From Octopus vulgaris (taxonomy: Eukaryota), in NCBI GenBank assembly GCA_951406725.2, contig OX597824.1, positions 30,566,001 through 30,630,000 on the forward strand: DNA of 64,000 nt, written 5' to 3'. Of the stretch, positions 50,076 to 62,402 are shown piece after piece (the first letter of the stretch is position 1; every line of letters begins with the position of its first letter). The translations under genes and the position numbers were made by a program. The notes below the pieces were generated by a model. It had not been told where the DNA came from, searched no databases, and was given only the letters and a program-made list of their open reading frames with translations.

Positions 50076-50734
50076 TACGGACGTGGTTACCACGCCCACA
50101 AAATTTTAAGTTATGTGGAGTTGAGTCACTGTTATTATATATATATATATACATACACAAACATACATACATACAGACAGACATACACACATATGTGTCT
50201 ATGCGTGTGTGTGCGTGTGCATTGAAACTCAAAGTATTTAAGGAGTGTACTATCTCTGTCCTTTGTTGTTGTTGTTTAAACCACATCACAGCGAATTAAT
50301 CCATGATCTAAGATAAAGTGCTGCAGTAAAAATACCACAACTCTACCAATCGACAATATGATGAAACAGGAACGACTCATTAGATAATGCAGTCCTTGAT
50401 ATTCAGGATGGGCAAGGCTGCACAGCCTTTAATTATATCTGTGCTTGGCCACGGCTAACCTAGGATTAAATAACATTATCAACAATAACCACAAAATATA
50501 CCAGTAATAGTCATAAATTTTCCCCGGATATCTACTGAAAGCATTTGTGAAACTTAAAAGTGCTCTTATGCTAATGAAAACATCAACGTGTATCAGAAAC
50601 GTTCCGCCTGGCTGGGCAAATAGTCATTGTCTATTCAGACCTAAGCTTTGAATATAAATACTTATAAAGAAATCCACTTTGTTATAAAAGGTGATTCAAC
50701 GAATAGAGTTGGAGTGAGTAATTCAGTATTTTAT

Positions 50735-51070
50735 TGCTACTTACTCAAGTCCTCCACCCCCTTCAGAGCATAGGGCATGGACGACTTTCCTTCACGGTTC
50801 TTGACTATGGGCTGCTTCCCTCTCTCAAGTCTTGTTGGTTTTGAATTGTCATCGAGGCTTCTATAACTTTGCTTTTTCCTAGATAGGAGCATTGGCCATA
50901 TACGAAGCTATTTTTACCGCTGTGAAGAAGTTATCCATATTAAACTGGCTTCTATTTTTTGATCTGTCCAATATGAGAGACCTATCAAGGGCGTGCGCTC
51001 CTCTGCCATAGCTCTCAAAGTCATCGAGGCACACAAGCCACTTCATTACAACAAGGACTGGATCTTGTGG
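50735..51070 (-). mobile_element. Decayed non-autonomous RTE-derived element
   Basis: RTE-like 3' end (gccctatgctc...gaggacttgagtaagtag on minus) joined to an RTE 5' UTR-like segment. Confidence 0.45.
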
Positions 51071-51345
51071 GAGATGTTGACATGAGACAAGTGTAAATTT
51101 TGTTATATTTAAAGCTCAATTCATTTAATATGTGTAACATATGAAAGACACGTACCGTTAATTCAGCTCCCGAATTCATTAAAGATAACAACAAAATAGC
51201 AGAAAAAATCCTGTCTTTATGATGCTTTTATAAAATTCTACTTTTGCTGGCATGTAGTTGCCTCTATCAATTGATCCAATATTTATAGATATTTTATTTC
51301 ATGAGTGAAAAAAGTAGTAATAATGAATACACATACACACACGCG

Positions 51346-51399
<54 letters not shown>

Positions 51400-51599
51400 C
51401 ACATAAACATATTTATATGTGCACGAGTGTGTGTGCGTGCGCACATGTGTGTAAATACAATTGTACAACACATACAAATATATATTTACCATGTATGTAT
51501 GTATATATATATATATAGGCAAAGTTTGACCTTAGCAACAAAGACCAATCCTTCACTGTATCTAAATGCAATGATAGCCGATGTGGCACATTCCAATTC

Positions 51600-52600
51600 A
51601 CACATGCAGGCCAATAACAAAAACCGGAAAAATATTCACAAACGCAAATATAAACTGCAAAAGCAGAAATTTAATTTACTGCATCAAATACTCAAATTGT
51701 GAAGAACTGTATGTGGGTCAGACCGGAAATGCACAATGAGAACGTTCACGTGTGCACCGAGAGCAAATTAGAGACCCAGATGTCCGTCAGATACCTTTGA
51801 GTAACCACCTAGCAACATGTGATTGGAAAATATGTATAATATTTCCATTTCACAAACTACACAGTCCAAGTGAAAATGAAAGAAAAATCAGAGAAAAGAA
51901 CTTAATTGATAAACTCCAACTCATGCTAAATAAACAAGAATAATGCTTAGAGGTACTATTCCTACTACTACGACCACCACCACTAACAACAACAACAACA
52001 AAAATACTAAAGGTTCTCATGATGACGATAGAAGGAAAATACTAGCTAAGTCAAGAGAAAAGCCAGTAAAAAAAATCTTATTTAGGGATTAAAGTTCTAT
52101 TACCACAACTACTCCTAACACCACCACCACCAACGACATCAATAATAAATGTGATGATAATGGTGATGATAACTGAAATGTAAAAATCCCTGTAAAAATC
52201 AATAATAAATGTGATGATAATGGTGAGGATAACTGAAATGTAAAAATCCCATTTAGAAATGTTTTTACATTTCTAAAAATAGCCAAACAATTACTGCTTT
52301 TAGCCAGGGTCAAAATACAGGTATCTTGACATTTTCAACAAACCGAGACGCCAAAATCAAACACCAATCAACTTAAGTAATCTAGTGAAGCCACACATTG
52401 ATTGGTCAGAGTACAGGTTGTAAAACTTAACATTCAGGAGCCTACACAAATGTATTTAAGGCACACATTTTAGACATCTCACTACAGTTGTAAATTGTAA
52501 AACATAACTCTCACCAGTACTAAATGAACCTGAAGATTGCATAGTTTAATGCATGAAAATACTAGTTCAATCAAAATGAACATTTAATATTCTATCATAA
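51600..52600 (+). mobile_element. Penelope-like element 3' part: GIY-YIG endonuclease and 3' repeat with a hammerhead-like motif
   Basis: C..CEELYVGQTG...VHREQIRDP...PLSNHL..C...RKIREKNLIDKL...LN (51680-51943), 60-bp tandem at 52137-52250, hammerhead-like motif at 52525-52569. Confidence 0.85.
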
Positions 52601-52667
52601 CGTGAAAATCAAAGTTGGAATTACTTTGATTAATATATTCTTCTATACACAATCACACACACCCATG

Positions 52668-52758
<91 letters not shown>

Positions 52759-52819
52759 TTTATATATGTATATACATATACACACACATACACACACACA
52801 TTACTTACACATTTGTTTA

Positions 52820-54300
52820 GATGTGTACGAAAGTACCTAGCCAACGTTTTATTTCTATAGGCAACTGCGATGCTGATGATACCTACGATGTAGAAATACA
52901 CTTCACAACTGTTCTCTTGTCTCCAGAGAAAAAAAGACCGTATTCTCTTCAATAGCATGTCAAACCCGAGAAGTTCTTGATTCTTGTGATTACTTCCCAT
53001 TTTTGATTCGGGGTCGGTTGTAATTACCACTAGGCGTTTCTTTACTTTCTCTTGAAATGAGAATAATTTCAATACACCAGGAATTTATGTGATGTATTTT
53101 TTTTTTTTACCTACAGCCATTTGTGTTAGTTAATGATGTTGCAGTCTGAATAGCACTTTGATATCAATCCATCTGCTGTTTTAACCATTACGTTTACAAG
53201 AGATGAATTTATCCGCTCCAGTTTGTCAGAAATTATTGGCAAAAATCACTCGACAGATAATCTCCAAAAAGACTGACTCTCATAATCGTAGACAATTTGA
53301 AGATTTTAACTTCAGTCGAAAGTGAATACAATTTAAGAATTTCAGAAGCTTTTGTTTCTTTTCGTATCACTGGCAGGGTTTGCTGGAAATCTCAGGACAA
53401 TATTTCTGATACTCCTCCAATTTGAGATTTATTTTAGCGTAAGTTCTGAAGTATCCAGTCTAGGACCTCTAGAATCACTCCTAGTAATTATTTGTTATCT
53501 CTTAAGAACGTGTTCGGTTCGCGAATTCTTGGTAATTTTGCAAGCAGTTATATTATTTGTGCCTAAGTCCAAGAGGAATTTGAAAGCAAAAGTGCTGTGT
53601 GTCCCCACCTCTGAAGGAGTCTAAGAGTAAGACCCGCAAAACAAAAACATCTGCAATAGATATGCTTTTATATTGACGTCAAGAAATGAGACTGATCAGA
53701 ATTGTCTTTCCAGTTATACCATGACTATCAAGGGAGCAATTTCAACTCTTTGTTGCTAAACCCTGCTAAACAGCAGAATAAATTGCTTTCTTGCCTACAC
53801 ACATATGTTTTTTTCTTTTTTGAGATACCGAAGTTTATTGGGGTAGCTACTATGATTCGTTCAATGAGACTGGTTCAAAAACTAGCCTTATGAACTTTTA
53901 TCTAATATGAAGATAAAGATGTAGTACAATAGGAGAATAATATTATAGACAATGATTTTGATGTCGTTCCATAGTTAAGATCGTTTACCTCTTGACGTAT
54001 GTTGAAAAAATAATTGATAATAACTCTGAAGCGAATCGCTTCCCGAATTCTTATTCAGGATTGGAAACCTAGTGTAGATTTTTCTATGAGTCTCTTCCTA
54101 TTGTTCATGGCATTGACACTAAGAAATTTGTGAGAGTTAAATATCATATTTAGATAAGTGCCATCGTTTCATGAAAATACTAAGGTTAAATACAGTTCAG
54201 ATCAGATAATAGACGAAGCCCAATATATTCCCCATGACAACCCATCTGATAAGATTACACCAGGCGCATGCATCACGATGACGTATGCGCTACAGGAAGG
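52820..54300 (-). mobile_element. Highly decayed Helitron helicase relic
   Basis: Minus: LEVLDWILQNLR*NKSQIGGV...DFQQTLPVIRKETKASEI...MRVSLFGD (~53270-53480). Confidence 0.65.
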
Positions 54301-54334
54301 GGTCTCATATCAAGATAAAAAACGCCTGACCTTG

Positions 54335-54365
<31 letters not shown>

Positions 54366-54879
54366 GTAAGCGCGAGCGTGTGTGTGTATATGTATGTGTG
54401 TGTGTGTGTGTGTGTGTGTGCATGTGCGTGCGTAAGTGCGTGAACGCGTATGTTTATACGTTTGTGTTGATTCATAGGTGTTTCTCTTTTGTTCTTTCTG
54501 TTATTTTCACATATTTTCATTGTTCTCGTCTCAGCTAACTTCCTCTTGCATTCCCCGCCCCCTTCTGTATCTTGTCTGCGATTCATCGTCGTCTCCACCG
54601 TTACAAATAACAAAAGGTTACTAAATTCTCAGTATTCACAAGCGAAACCTGTGGAATTTACACACACACACACACATTGCTGACATACACAAACATGTAT
54701 TGTTGACATACAAAAACACACACATATATATTATATTTTTTTGCTGTCGAAATATTTTTACGTATTGTTTCACCGTGAGAAAGCATTTTGTTGACAAGTG
54801 GCTTCATGAATGCCACCTGCCTACACCTGAGAATGTGTTCATTCTTTGAATTGGTCATATCTGATCGATTAGATGAATT

Positions 54880-55088
54880 TATAGCTGGCCATATTCGGCC
54901 AAAATATTCCACCTGCTTGATGTTCAAACTGGCCAGATCCAGTCTCTCACACCCATTCTACAATGTTAAAAATAATCCCATAAACGAAACCTCAAGGCTA
55001 CAAGTTAATGCAGAGTAAATTCAAAGCAATTCAAAGCAATGAGTAAATAAGCGTTACATTAGACAGTAATCTAAATGTTAAAAGGTTA
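54880..55088. mobile_element. piggyBac-type MITE fragment
   Basis: Right terminus aatgttaaaaggTTAA. Confidence 0.4.
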
Positions 55089-55565
55089 AAGACACTTCCG
55101 CCGAAAACATCCAGTCATTTCTCCAAACACAATCTACATTCGCTTTGCTGAAAGAGTGATGGATGTAACCGGAGGAAGATTTCGTTGCTATTTCTAGTAG
55201 GTTTTGTGACTTACAGAAGTTACATTACGTTACACTACATTATTGGCTTGGGGTTTCGTTAAGCGGATGTAAGGGATTTATACTAGTGCTTACATGATTC
55301 TTGTTTAATGCTTATGAGTATCTCTGTATGTACGTCAGATATACATACCTGTGAGTAATTTACACCTATGAGTAATTTACTGACCCAAACTACTATATTA
55401 TATTAAAGGAACTTGTAATTGTCATCGGCACTGACAGGAAATACTTTGCTGCAGTTGACTGATCAATTATGGCTGTCATTGTTGTTTATACGATGTAGTC
55501 TAACAATAGCGACAGTGGGTGGTATTTAGAGATTGATATTTTATTTCCTTATATATCTTAAGAAA

Positions 55566-55872
55566 GGAGGCGCAATGGCCCAGTGGTTAGGGCAGCGGAC
55601 TTGCAGTCGGAGGATCCCGGTTTCGATTCCCAGACCGGGCGTTGTGTGTGTTTATTGAGCAAAAACACCTAAAGCTCCACGAGCCTCTAGCAGGGGTGGT
55701 GGCGACCCCCGTTGTACTCTTTCGCCCCAACTTTCTCTCACTCTTTCTTCCTGTTTCTTGAGCAACGTTGCGATGGACTGGCGTCCCGTCCAGCTGGGGG
55801 GAACACATACGCCACAGAAACCGGGAAACCGGGCCCATGAGACTGGCTAGGCTTGAAAAGGACGCATAAAAA
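55566..55872 (+). mobile_element. Full-length SINE family C with TSD
   Basis: Head ggaggcgcaatggcccagtggttagggcagcggac (A box) and ggtttcgattccc (B box), TSD atatcttaagaa at 55553-55564 and 55873-55884. Confidence 0.93.
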
Positions 55873-55924
55873 ATATCTTAAGAAGTATGGTTTCCCCCAA
55901 GAGGATATATAACAAACGTAATAT

Positions 55925-56121
55925 TTTACTTGTTTCAGTCATTGGACTACAGTCATGCTAGGAGACTGCCTTCAAGGGTTCTTACCCGAACAAATCGACC
56001 CCAAGGGCTTATTCTATCGTTCTGCTTTGTCGAACCGCAATGTGACGAAGACATAAACAGGTTGCTAAGCGCTGTAGAGGACAAACATAGGCACAAATGT
56101 ACACACATACACACACACGCA

Positions 56122-56156
<35 letters not shown>

Positions 56157-56706
56157 TTACACACACACGAACACACACATACGTGTGGGTGTTTATGTTT
56201 GTGTGTGTGTGCGCATATGACGGTCTTCCTCACAATTTCCCTCAACCATATTTCCTCCTAAGGGATTGATCAGCCTGGGGCTATAGTAAAAGATACTTAC
56301 CTAGGATACAGGAGGCGCAATGGCTCAGTGGTTAGGGCAGCGGACTCGCGGTCGGAGGATCGCGGTTTTGATTCCCAGACCGGACGTTGTGTATGTTTAT
56401 TGAGCAAAAACACCTAAAGCTCCACGAGGCTCCAGCAGTGGATGGTGGTGACCCTTGTACTCTTTCGTCCCGACTTTCTCTCACTCTTTCTTCTTGTTTC
56501 TTGAGTAACGCTGCGATGGACTGGCGTCCCGTCCAGCTGGGGGGGGGGACAATACGCCACAGAAGCCGGAAAACCGGGCCCATGAGCCTGGCTAGGCTTG
56601 AAAAGGGCGCATAAAAAAATAAAACTAGGATACAGCACATTTGGACTGAGCCAGAAGTCATGTGGTTGCCAAGTGAGCTTCTTACCCACACAGCTACGCC
56701 TGCGCC
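55925..56706. mobile_element. SINE family B (-) with a nested full-length SINE family C (+, ~56311-56624)
   Basis: TSD ctaggatacag at 56301-56311 and 56625-56635. Confidence 0.9.
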
Positions 56707-57094
56707 TAAAGTTGTTGAAATATACATCGACACATTTTTATGTCTAACATAATCGTTGGAACGTTAGACAAAATGCCTTGCAGGTATTTTGGGTCATGAT
56801 ATTCTGACTTCAAAGCCCTGAACGCTTACTTCGCCTTTCAACCTTCTAGTGTCGTCAAGATAATTACTACTCGAATATTTTCTAGCCTTGTGCCCCCGAG
56901 GCCGACTTTGCCTTTCATCCTTTCGGGATCGATAAAATAAGTACCGGCACATTTGTATTGGCTGTAAAAGGCTGTGTTGGTTTGGATGCTCTGGACGATA
57001 GTGAGACGGAAAACTTAAGGGCTACCTCATTGGCAGGAATAATATACTACCTTACAGAAAAACAAAATCAAGAAACAGAGTGGACTTAATCGAG

Positions 57095-57290
57095 AAAATG
57101 ACTTCTACTATAACATCGGGCCGAGACTTCCGGCTTTCTCGGCCCCTAGATTATATCGGGGCTGAGATTGCTGTCCGCAAGTGCGGGCCCCGTGAGTGAG
57201 AATGGTAGTTCCAGTGCCATCTCCCTCGACATCCTTCGGGGCAACGCCTTTTCCGTTCTGTCTTCTGAGATCATGAGGTGGTCTGAATTG
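57095..57290 (+). mobile_element. CRE-clade retrotransposon 3' fragment
   Basis: Homologous to 58630-58820. Confidence 0.65.
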
Positions 57291-57809
57291 TGAGTGGATT
57301 TGGTAGATATATATATATATATATATAATATTGAATTTGACCTGTGAAGTCTGCTTATTATGAACTTTTGGAGGATCTTGTGTGAGGGGAGTAAAATACT
57401 TTTTTCAAGATGTATGTGAATTTGACCTGTGGATGTTTGTTTGCTTATGAACTTTGGACGTATTTGTAAAAAGTAAAAGACATTTTGCAAATATTTTTCA
57501 AATATTTAAAAAAAAATTTAAAAAATTTCAATATTTTAATCGTCTTTTTTGGTCGGTGGACATTTATTTTAGTTTATTTTTACCTTTACTTATTTTATAT
57601 TTGTCTATTAGGATTTTTGGTAGGTTTTGAATTTTTAGTTGCTTATATTTAACTTTTTGATAGGCAGTTCTATTTGTATTTTATTCAATTATATATTTTT
57701 ACCTTCTGTGAGTTTATGTATATGTACTATAGTTTACATGTTTGAGAACCATGGTGAATTTTATATATGATTAAATATTTGAGGGGTGGGAGATGGATAT
57801 GACACACAC

Positions 57810-57998
57810 AGCGGAACCCGCAGGGGAAAAGGAAGCGAGGACGCCCGAAGCAGACGTGGAAACGGAGCATTTTGGACGAGCTCAGGACCACCGGCCTGAC
57901 ATGGGAAGCAGCCAAGAAAAACGCCATTGACTGCAAAAAGTGGAAAACAACTGTTGAGGCCCGATGCTCCACAAGGGGCAAAAAGGATTAAGAAGAGA
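57810..57998 (+). mobile_element. RTE LINE extreme 3' end
   Basis: NPQGKRKRGRPKQTWKRSILDELRTTGLTWEAAKK.A.D...WKTTVEARCSTRG then stop. Confidence 0.85.
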
Positions 57999-58104
57999 AG
58001 GTGTTGTATATAAAGTCGTGGACCCAAATTTGTTCTATAACCAATGCTTTTTTATGTATGTATGTATGTATGTATGTATGTATGTATGTATGTATGTATG
58101 TATG

Positions 58105-58348
58105 TATGTATGTGTGTGTGTGTGTGTGTTTGTGCGTATGTTTGTCTTCCACCATCATTACTTGACAATCGGTGTTGGTATGTTTACGTCCCCGTAACGT
58201 AACGGTCCGGCAAAAGAGACCGATAGAATAAGTCCCAGTTTAAAACAGAATAAATACTGGGGTGGATTCACTCGACTACAAATTCTTCAAGGCGGTGCAC
58301 CAGCATAACCGAAGTCTAATGTCTGAAAGACATAAAAGATAAAAGATA
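58105..58348 (+). mobile_element. SINE family B 3' half
   Basis: ttgacaatcggtgttggtatgtttacgtccccgtaac ... ggcggtgcaccagcat ... taaaagataaaaga. Confidence 0.8.
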
Positions 58349-58364
58349 GAACAATCCCAAGTGT

Positions 58365-58820
58365 TGACCATCTTCCACGCCATGGCTCCCTTAACGAAAT
58401 CATAAAGCGTGGCCTAGACATTGCAGGCTTCTCTTCCCAGCTCGAGCCAGTGGGGCTAGACCGAGGGGATGGTAAAATGTTGGACGGTAGGACTATTTTC
58501 CCGTTCCGTGGCTGTAGTTCCTCTCATCTGGGGTGCCACCTTCTGTGGCACTTTCTCCAGCGGCAACTTGGTGTGTTCATCTCCCAGCCCAAGCTCCGCG
58601 GCTCGTCAGATTAATGGTCGACGCTGTAGCAGTTGAGACCTCCGGTGTTCTCGGACCCTGGATCATATTCTTGCCCACAGCTATCGGGGCGGAGATTGCT
58701 GTCTGCAAGTGCGAGCCCCGTGAGTGAGAGTGGTTGTTCCAGTGCCATCTCGCCTCAACATCCTTCGGGGCAACGTCTTTTTCGCTTCGTCTTCTGAGAC
58801 GAGGAGGCGGTCTGAATTAT
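58365..58820 (+). mobile_element. CRE-clade retrotransposon restriction-like endonuclease domain
   Basis: RHGSLNEIIKRGLDIAGFSSQLEPVGLDRGDGKMLDG.TIFPF...AVETSGVLGP...EPRE.EWLFQ...ILRGN. Confidence 0.8.
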
Positions 58821-59047
58821 AGAGAAATCGAGAAAATCTTAGAATTTCGTAGCTTACTACCCGTAGTTGGTCTGCAACCCGTGTAGTACTTAATTACATT
58901 TGTTAAAGCTTTGAGTTAAAATTCCACAGATCTAAACCTTTTTCCTATCGGTGTTGATAAAATAAAGGGCTATTCAAGTACTTGTTCAATATAGTCAACT
59001 ATCTCCTTCTCCAGTGAGCTAAAGTTAAACTTGTTTATCATTGAAAA

Positions 59048-59190
59048 CCACGACCATCACGAAGACGACGACGACGACCACCACCACCACCACCACCACC
59101 ATCACCACCACCACCAAAACCACCACCAAAACCACCACCATCACCACCTGCACCCCCCCCTCAACCTCCACCGGCACCATCACCGCCGCA
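59048..59190. repeat. (CAC)n/(GAC)n microsatellite
   Basis: Directly visible. Confidence 0.95.
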
Positions 59191-59794
59191 GCCGTTGGAT
59201 TGAAACTGACACTAGGATATAGTATTAAATACTAATTAGAGCCATTTAATTACATCTTATTTTGTGAAAGCTCCTTTGTAAATGTTTGAAGCGATGCAGC
59301 CATATATTTTCCATAAATATCTTTCAGGTCATGAATATTGAAATAAACAGAGCAGAACCATAGAAATTACTTTTCTCCAACGAAAAGGTGAAAACTGCAA
59401 AAATATTAGTTGTTTTCTTTTCAACACAGCAAAGTGAAATAAAATAGCTCAACAGCTAATCCTTCGTTAACTGTCATGATTTCTTTCACGTGTACTGTAT
59501 AGAGGGTGATCATTTTTGGTTATTATTTTGCTTTTAATGAAGCTTCTACAGTGAATTGTCGGATCTGTGGAATTTTAAATATGTTGGTAGTATTGTCAGT
59601 TACTGTTTTTCTTTCTAATAATTGGTTTCTAAAATATGTTTTGTGGTCCACAAGTTTGTGATATCTTGCTGATGGGAAGGTTTTTTTTCGTTTAACTATT
59701 TTAATAACATATTCTGTAGTTCTGTAGTTATTTTGTGGCTTATGTAATATATGTTATTGTTTGTACAGGTGCACAGTGTGCTACACATCACAGG

Positions 59795-60060
59795 TGAGGG
59801 CGCATAACCTAGTGGTTAAGGTGTTCCAATTCCTGGACGGAGTGATGTGTTGCGTTCGTGAGCAAAGCACTTCATCTCACGTTGCTCGGCGATCACTGTG
59901 ACACTCGACATGTGGCACACCGTAGACCTGTTCAGGCAGTATCTATTTTATGGAAGGAGTGAGCTAATGTACATCACATACATTTGATCATTATGAACAA
60001 ATCATTTGTGCAGGTAGTTTCAGCAAGAGATAGCAGAGCGCTGTCTTTCTAGGACCATGA
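59795..60060 (+). mobile_element. tRNA-derived SINE related to family C, decayed
   Basis: gggcgcataacctagtggttaag head and gagcaaagcacttcatctcacgttgctc segment. Confidence 0.65.
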
Positions 60061-60104
60061 GAGACTATCATCCAGACACACACATACACACACACACGAA
60101 CACG

Positions 60105-60186
<82 letters not shown>

Positions 60187-60187
60187 T

Positions 60188-60225
<38 letters not shown>

Positions 60226-60304
60226 AAACACCCCCACCCACATGTAAATCTTTATAGTTAATTGAAACTGAATTTTAATATCTCAACTTTACTTTGTTTT
60301 TCAG

Positions 60305-60422
60305 GCTAGAGCTGTTACAATACTATAGATTTTTCAAAATACCCCTGATAGATTGTTTATCTTGGCCATTTATTTCTTCAACAAGGTAGAAGACCACGAA
60401 ATTAGAAATTACATGGTTTGAG
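60305..60422 (+). other. Candidate non-coding exon
   Basis: Acceptor tttactttgtttttcag| and donor GAG|gtaagg. All three frames contain stops. Confidence 0.3.
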
Positions 60423-60948
60423 GTAAGGGAGTGTAGTTTGGTGGTAAAGTACTTTAACAGGGACATGTGCAAACACAAACATATCACCAGATCCTCCCGT
60501 ATTTTATTTACGACGAGTCTTCGACTAGTATAAACAGACGCACTTTAACAGGATGCAAATCTGAAAGGCATAGAGATTCTGGGGATTGACTGGAGAATTA
60601 TTAACTGTAAAAAACGCTTAAGAATTAAGGTCATGTTCTTCGCAATATCTTTTCACTGCTAGACAAAAGTATGACAAAAACCGGTGTGAAAATGTTTATT
60701 GTTGCCCAAACCTTTTTGTTTGATTTCCATTGAAAGATGTAGTTCTTATATTCCTTCATTGGTCGGGATGTTTCTGAAAGATAAACTAGTATTGGTTTCA
60801 GTTTGAAGTACCCCAAATCACCACCACCACCACCACCACCACCACCAACTAATAGTGTTCTACAAGCTCCTCTAGCCTTGAACACAGATACTTTTTTGAG
60901 AAAGTAAGAAAGAAAGAAAGAGAGAGACGGAGAGAGACAGAGAATGAA

Positions 60949-61004
<56 letters not shown>

Positions 61005-61304
61005 GAAGATATTGGGAGGTGTTTTTTTCTAGAAAGGGCCTGTTTCATATAAATTAAATACATAAGTTGGAGATAGTAATTGTCACGACCGATGATACTC
61101 TATAGAAACCGGGACATTTTTCGGTTACTGGTGGATCTATTTAAGTTATCCTGCCGTTTGAAACTTTGAAATCAACCTTCACTAGAAGTGAATGCTTTTA
61201 AATTGTCTTTTTTCTTTTGTAAATGTATGAAAACTTCTAGTATCTTTTTCATTATGATAAGCTGATTTAATGGTATTAATGTTGCATTATAATATGTCGT
61301 TTGT

Positions 61305-61558
61305 GGAGGCGCGTGGCTTAGTGGTCAGGGTGTCAGCATCATGATCGTAAGATTGTGCTTTCGATTCCTGGACCGGACCACGCGATGTGTTCTTGAGCAA
61401 AACACTTCATTTCACGTTGCTCCAGTCCACTCAGCTGATAAAAATGAGTAACGCTGCGATGGACTGGTGTCCCGTCCAGCTGGGGAACACATACGCTATT
61501 GAAACCGGGAAATCGGGCCCATGAGCCTGGCTAGGCTTTAAAAGGGCGCATTTATTTA
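61305..61558 (+). mobile_element. Full-length SINE (family C-related head) with TSD
   Basis: ggaggcgcgtggcttagtggtcagggtgtc head, TSD attataatat(g/a)tcgttt, second copy at 63851-64000. Confidence 0.9.
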
Positions 61559-61809
61559 TTATAATATATCGTTTTCTCATACAGCATGTATATATTTTAT
61601 AACATCTATCTACATTATAACACGAGCTGTGTTTCGTCGTCCCTCTAGCTGGCAGTTATTTCAATGATTTCATGGTGCAAGACGTTTTGTTTAATTTGCA
61701 AAATGTTCATTATGATGCCATTTCAACTAAAATTATTCAGCACAGAAAATTTTAAATTTAAATTAAAGGAAATATATTTGATGGTCTTCTTTTAGCTCTA
61801 TATTTTATA

Positions 61810-62349
61810 CTAGCTTATAAGCTGCACTCCGTGCAGACTTTTAAGCTAGCTCCTGCGGAAGGCTAATTGAGCCTGCGACCCAAAACTAAAGAGAGCTAAA
61901 TAGCATAACTATAATACGTTTCTAATGACATTATGCCCCAGTGGTGTTTGATCAGAGGTTAAGGACGGGGAAGAATTAATTCTGTAAAGCAATCATTCTA
62001 TTGTTGCAGTCCCAAGTTGAATTCCAACTGTCGGTCAATTTGTTCCAAAGTTCTTATCTCAACGTAAAATTAACAAAGCGAATGCCATTTACCTCCCCTT
62101 TGATCTCTGACGTCATCTGACAAATGCCAAGCAAGATGGCGTTAATCGGCAAAGCTTTGCCTGCTAGAAATAGCAACCCAAATACTTTTAAGTCAGATCC
62201 CAACGCTGGATGTTCAAGAACTAAATGAAGGACAGATTTTAAATCCCGAGATCATCCTGATTCCGAAAAGGTTTATGCCTATGTAGAGAAAATGTAGACT
62301 GAAATACAAGGGTCCCGGACAGACAGAATTTCGCGTTTATTATTATAGA
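61810..62349 (-). mobile_element. Non-autonomous Helitron, another family
   Basis: Minus 5' TCtataataataaacgcg, 3' hairpin ctgcacggagtgcag then CTAG, inserted between A and T. Confidence 0.7.
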
Positions 62350-62402
62350 TCATAATTTTAGTGCATTTCTTTTGTGGCGTTATAATTTGTTGATTATTGC
62401 AC

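Noticed and set aside
55566-55640. tRNA genes at SINE heads (also 32260-32331, 44192-44280, 61305-61375)
   Set aside because: A/B boxes are present, but each head continues into a SINE body, often with tail and TSD, and I could not fold a complete cloverleaf.
59031-59235. Poly-His / poly-Thr ORFs
   Set aside because: A (CAC)n microsatellite with no flanking coding context or splice signals.
62107-62142. CRE site TGACGTCA plus YY1-like CAAGATGGCG as a promoter
   Set aside because: Both lie within a non-autonomous Helitron and there is no independent promoter evidence.
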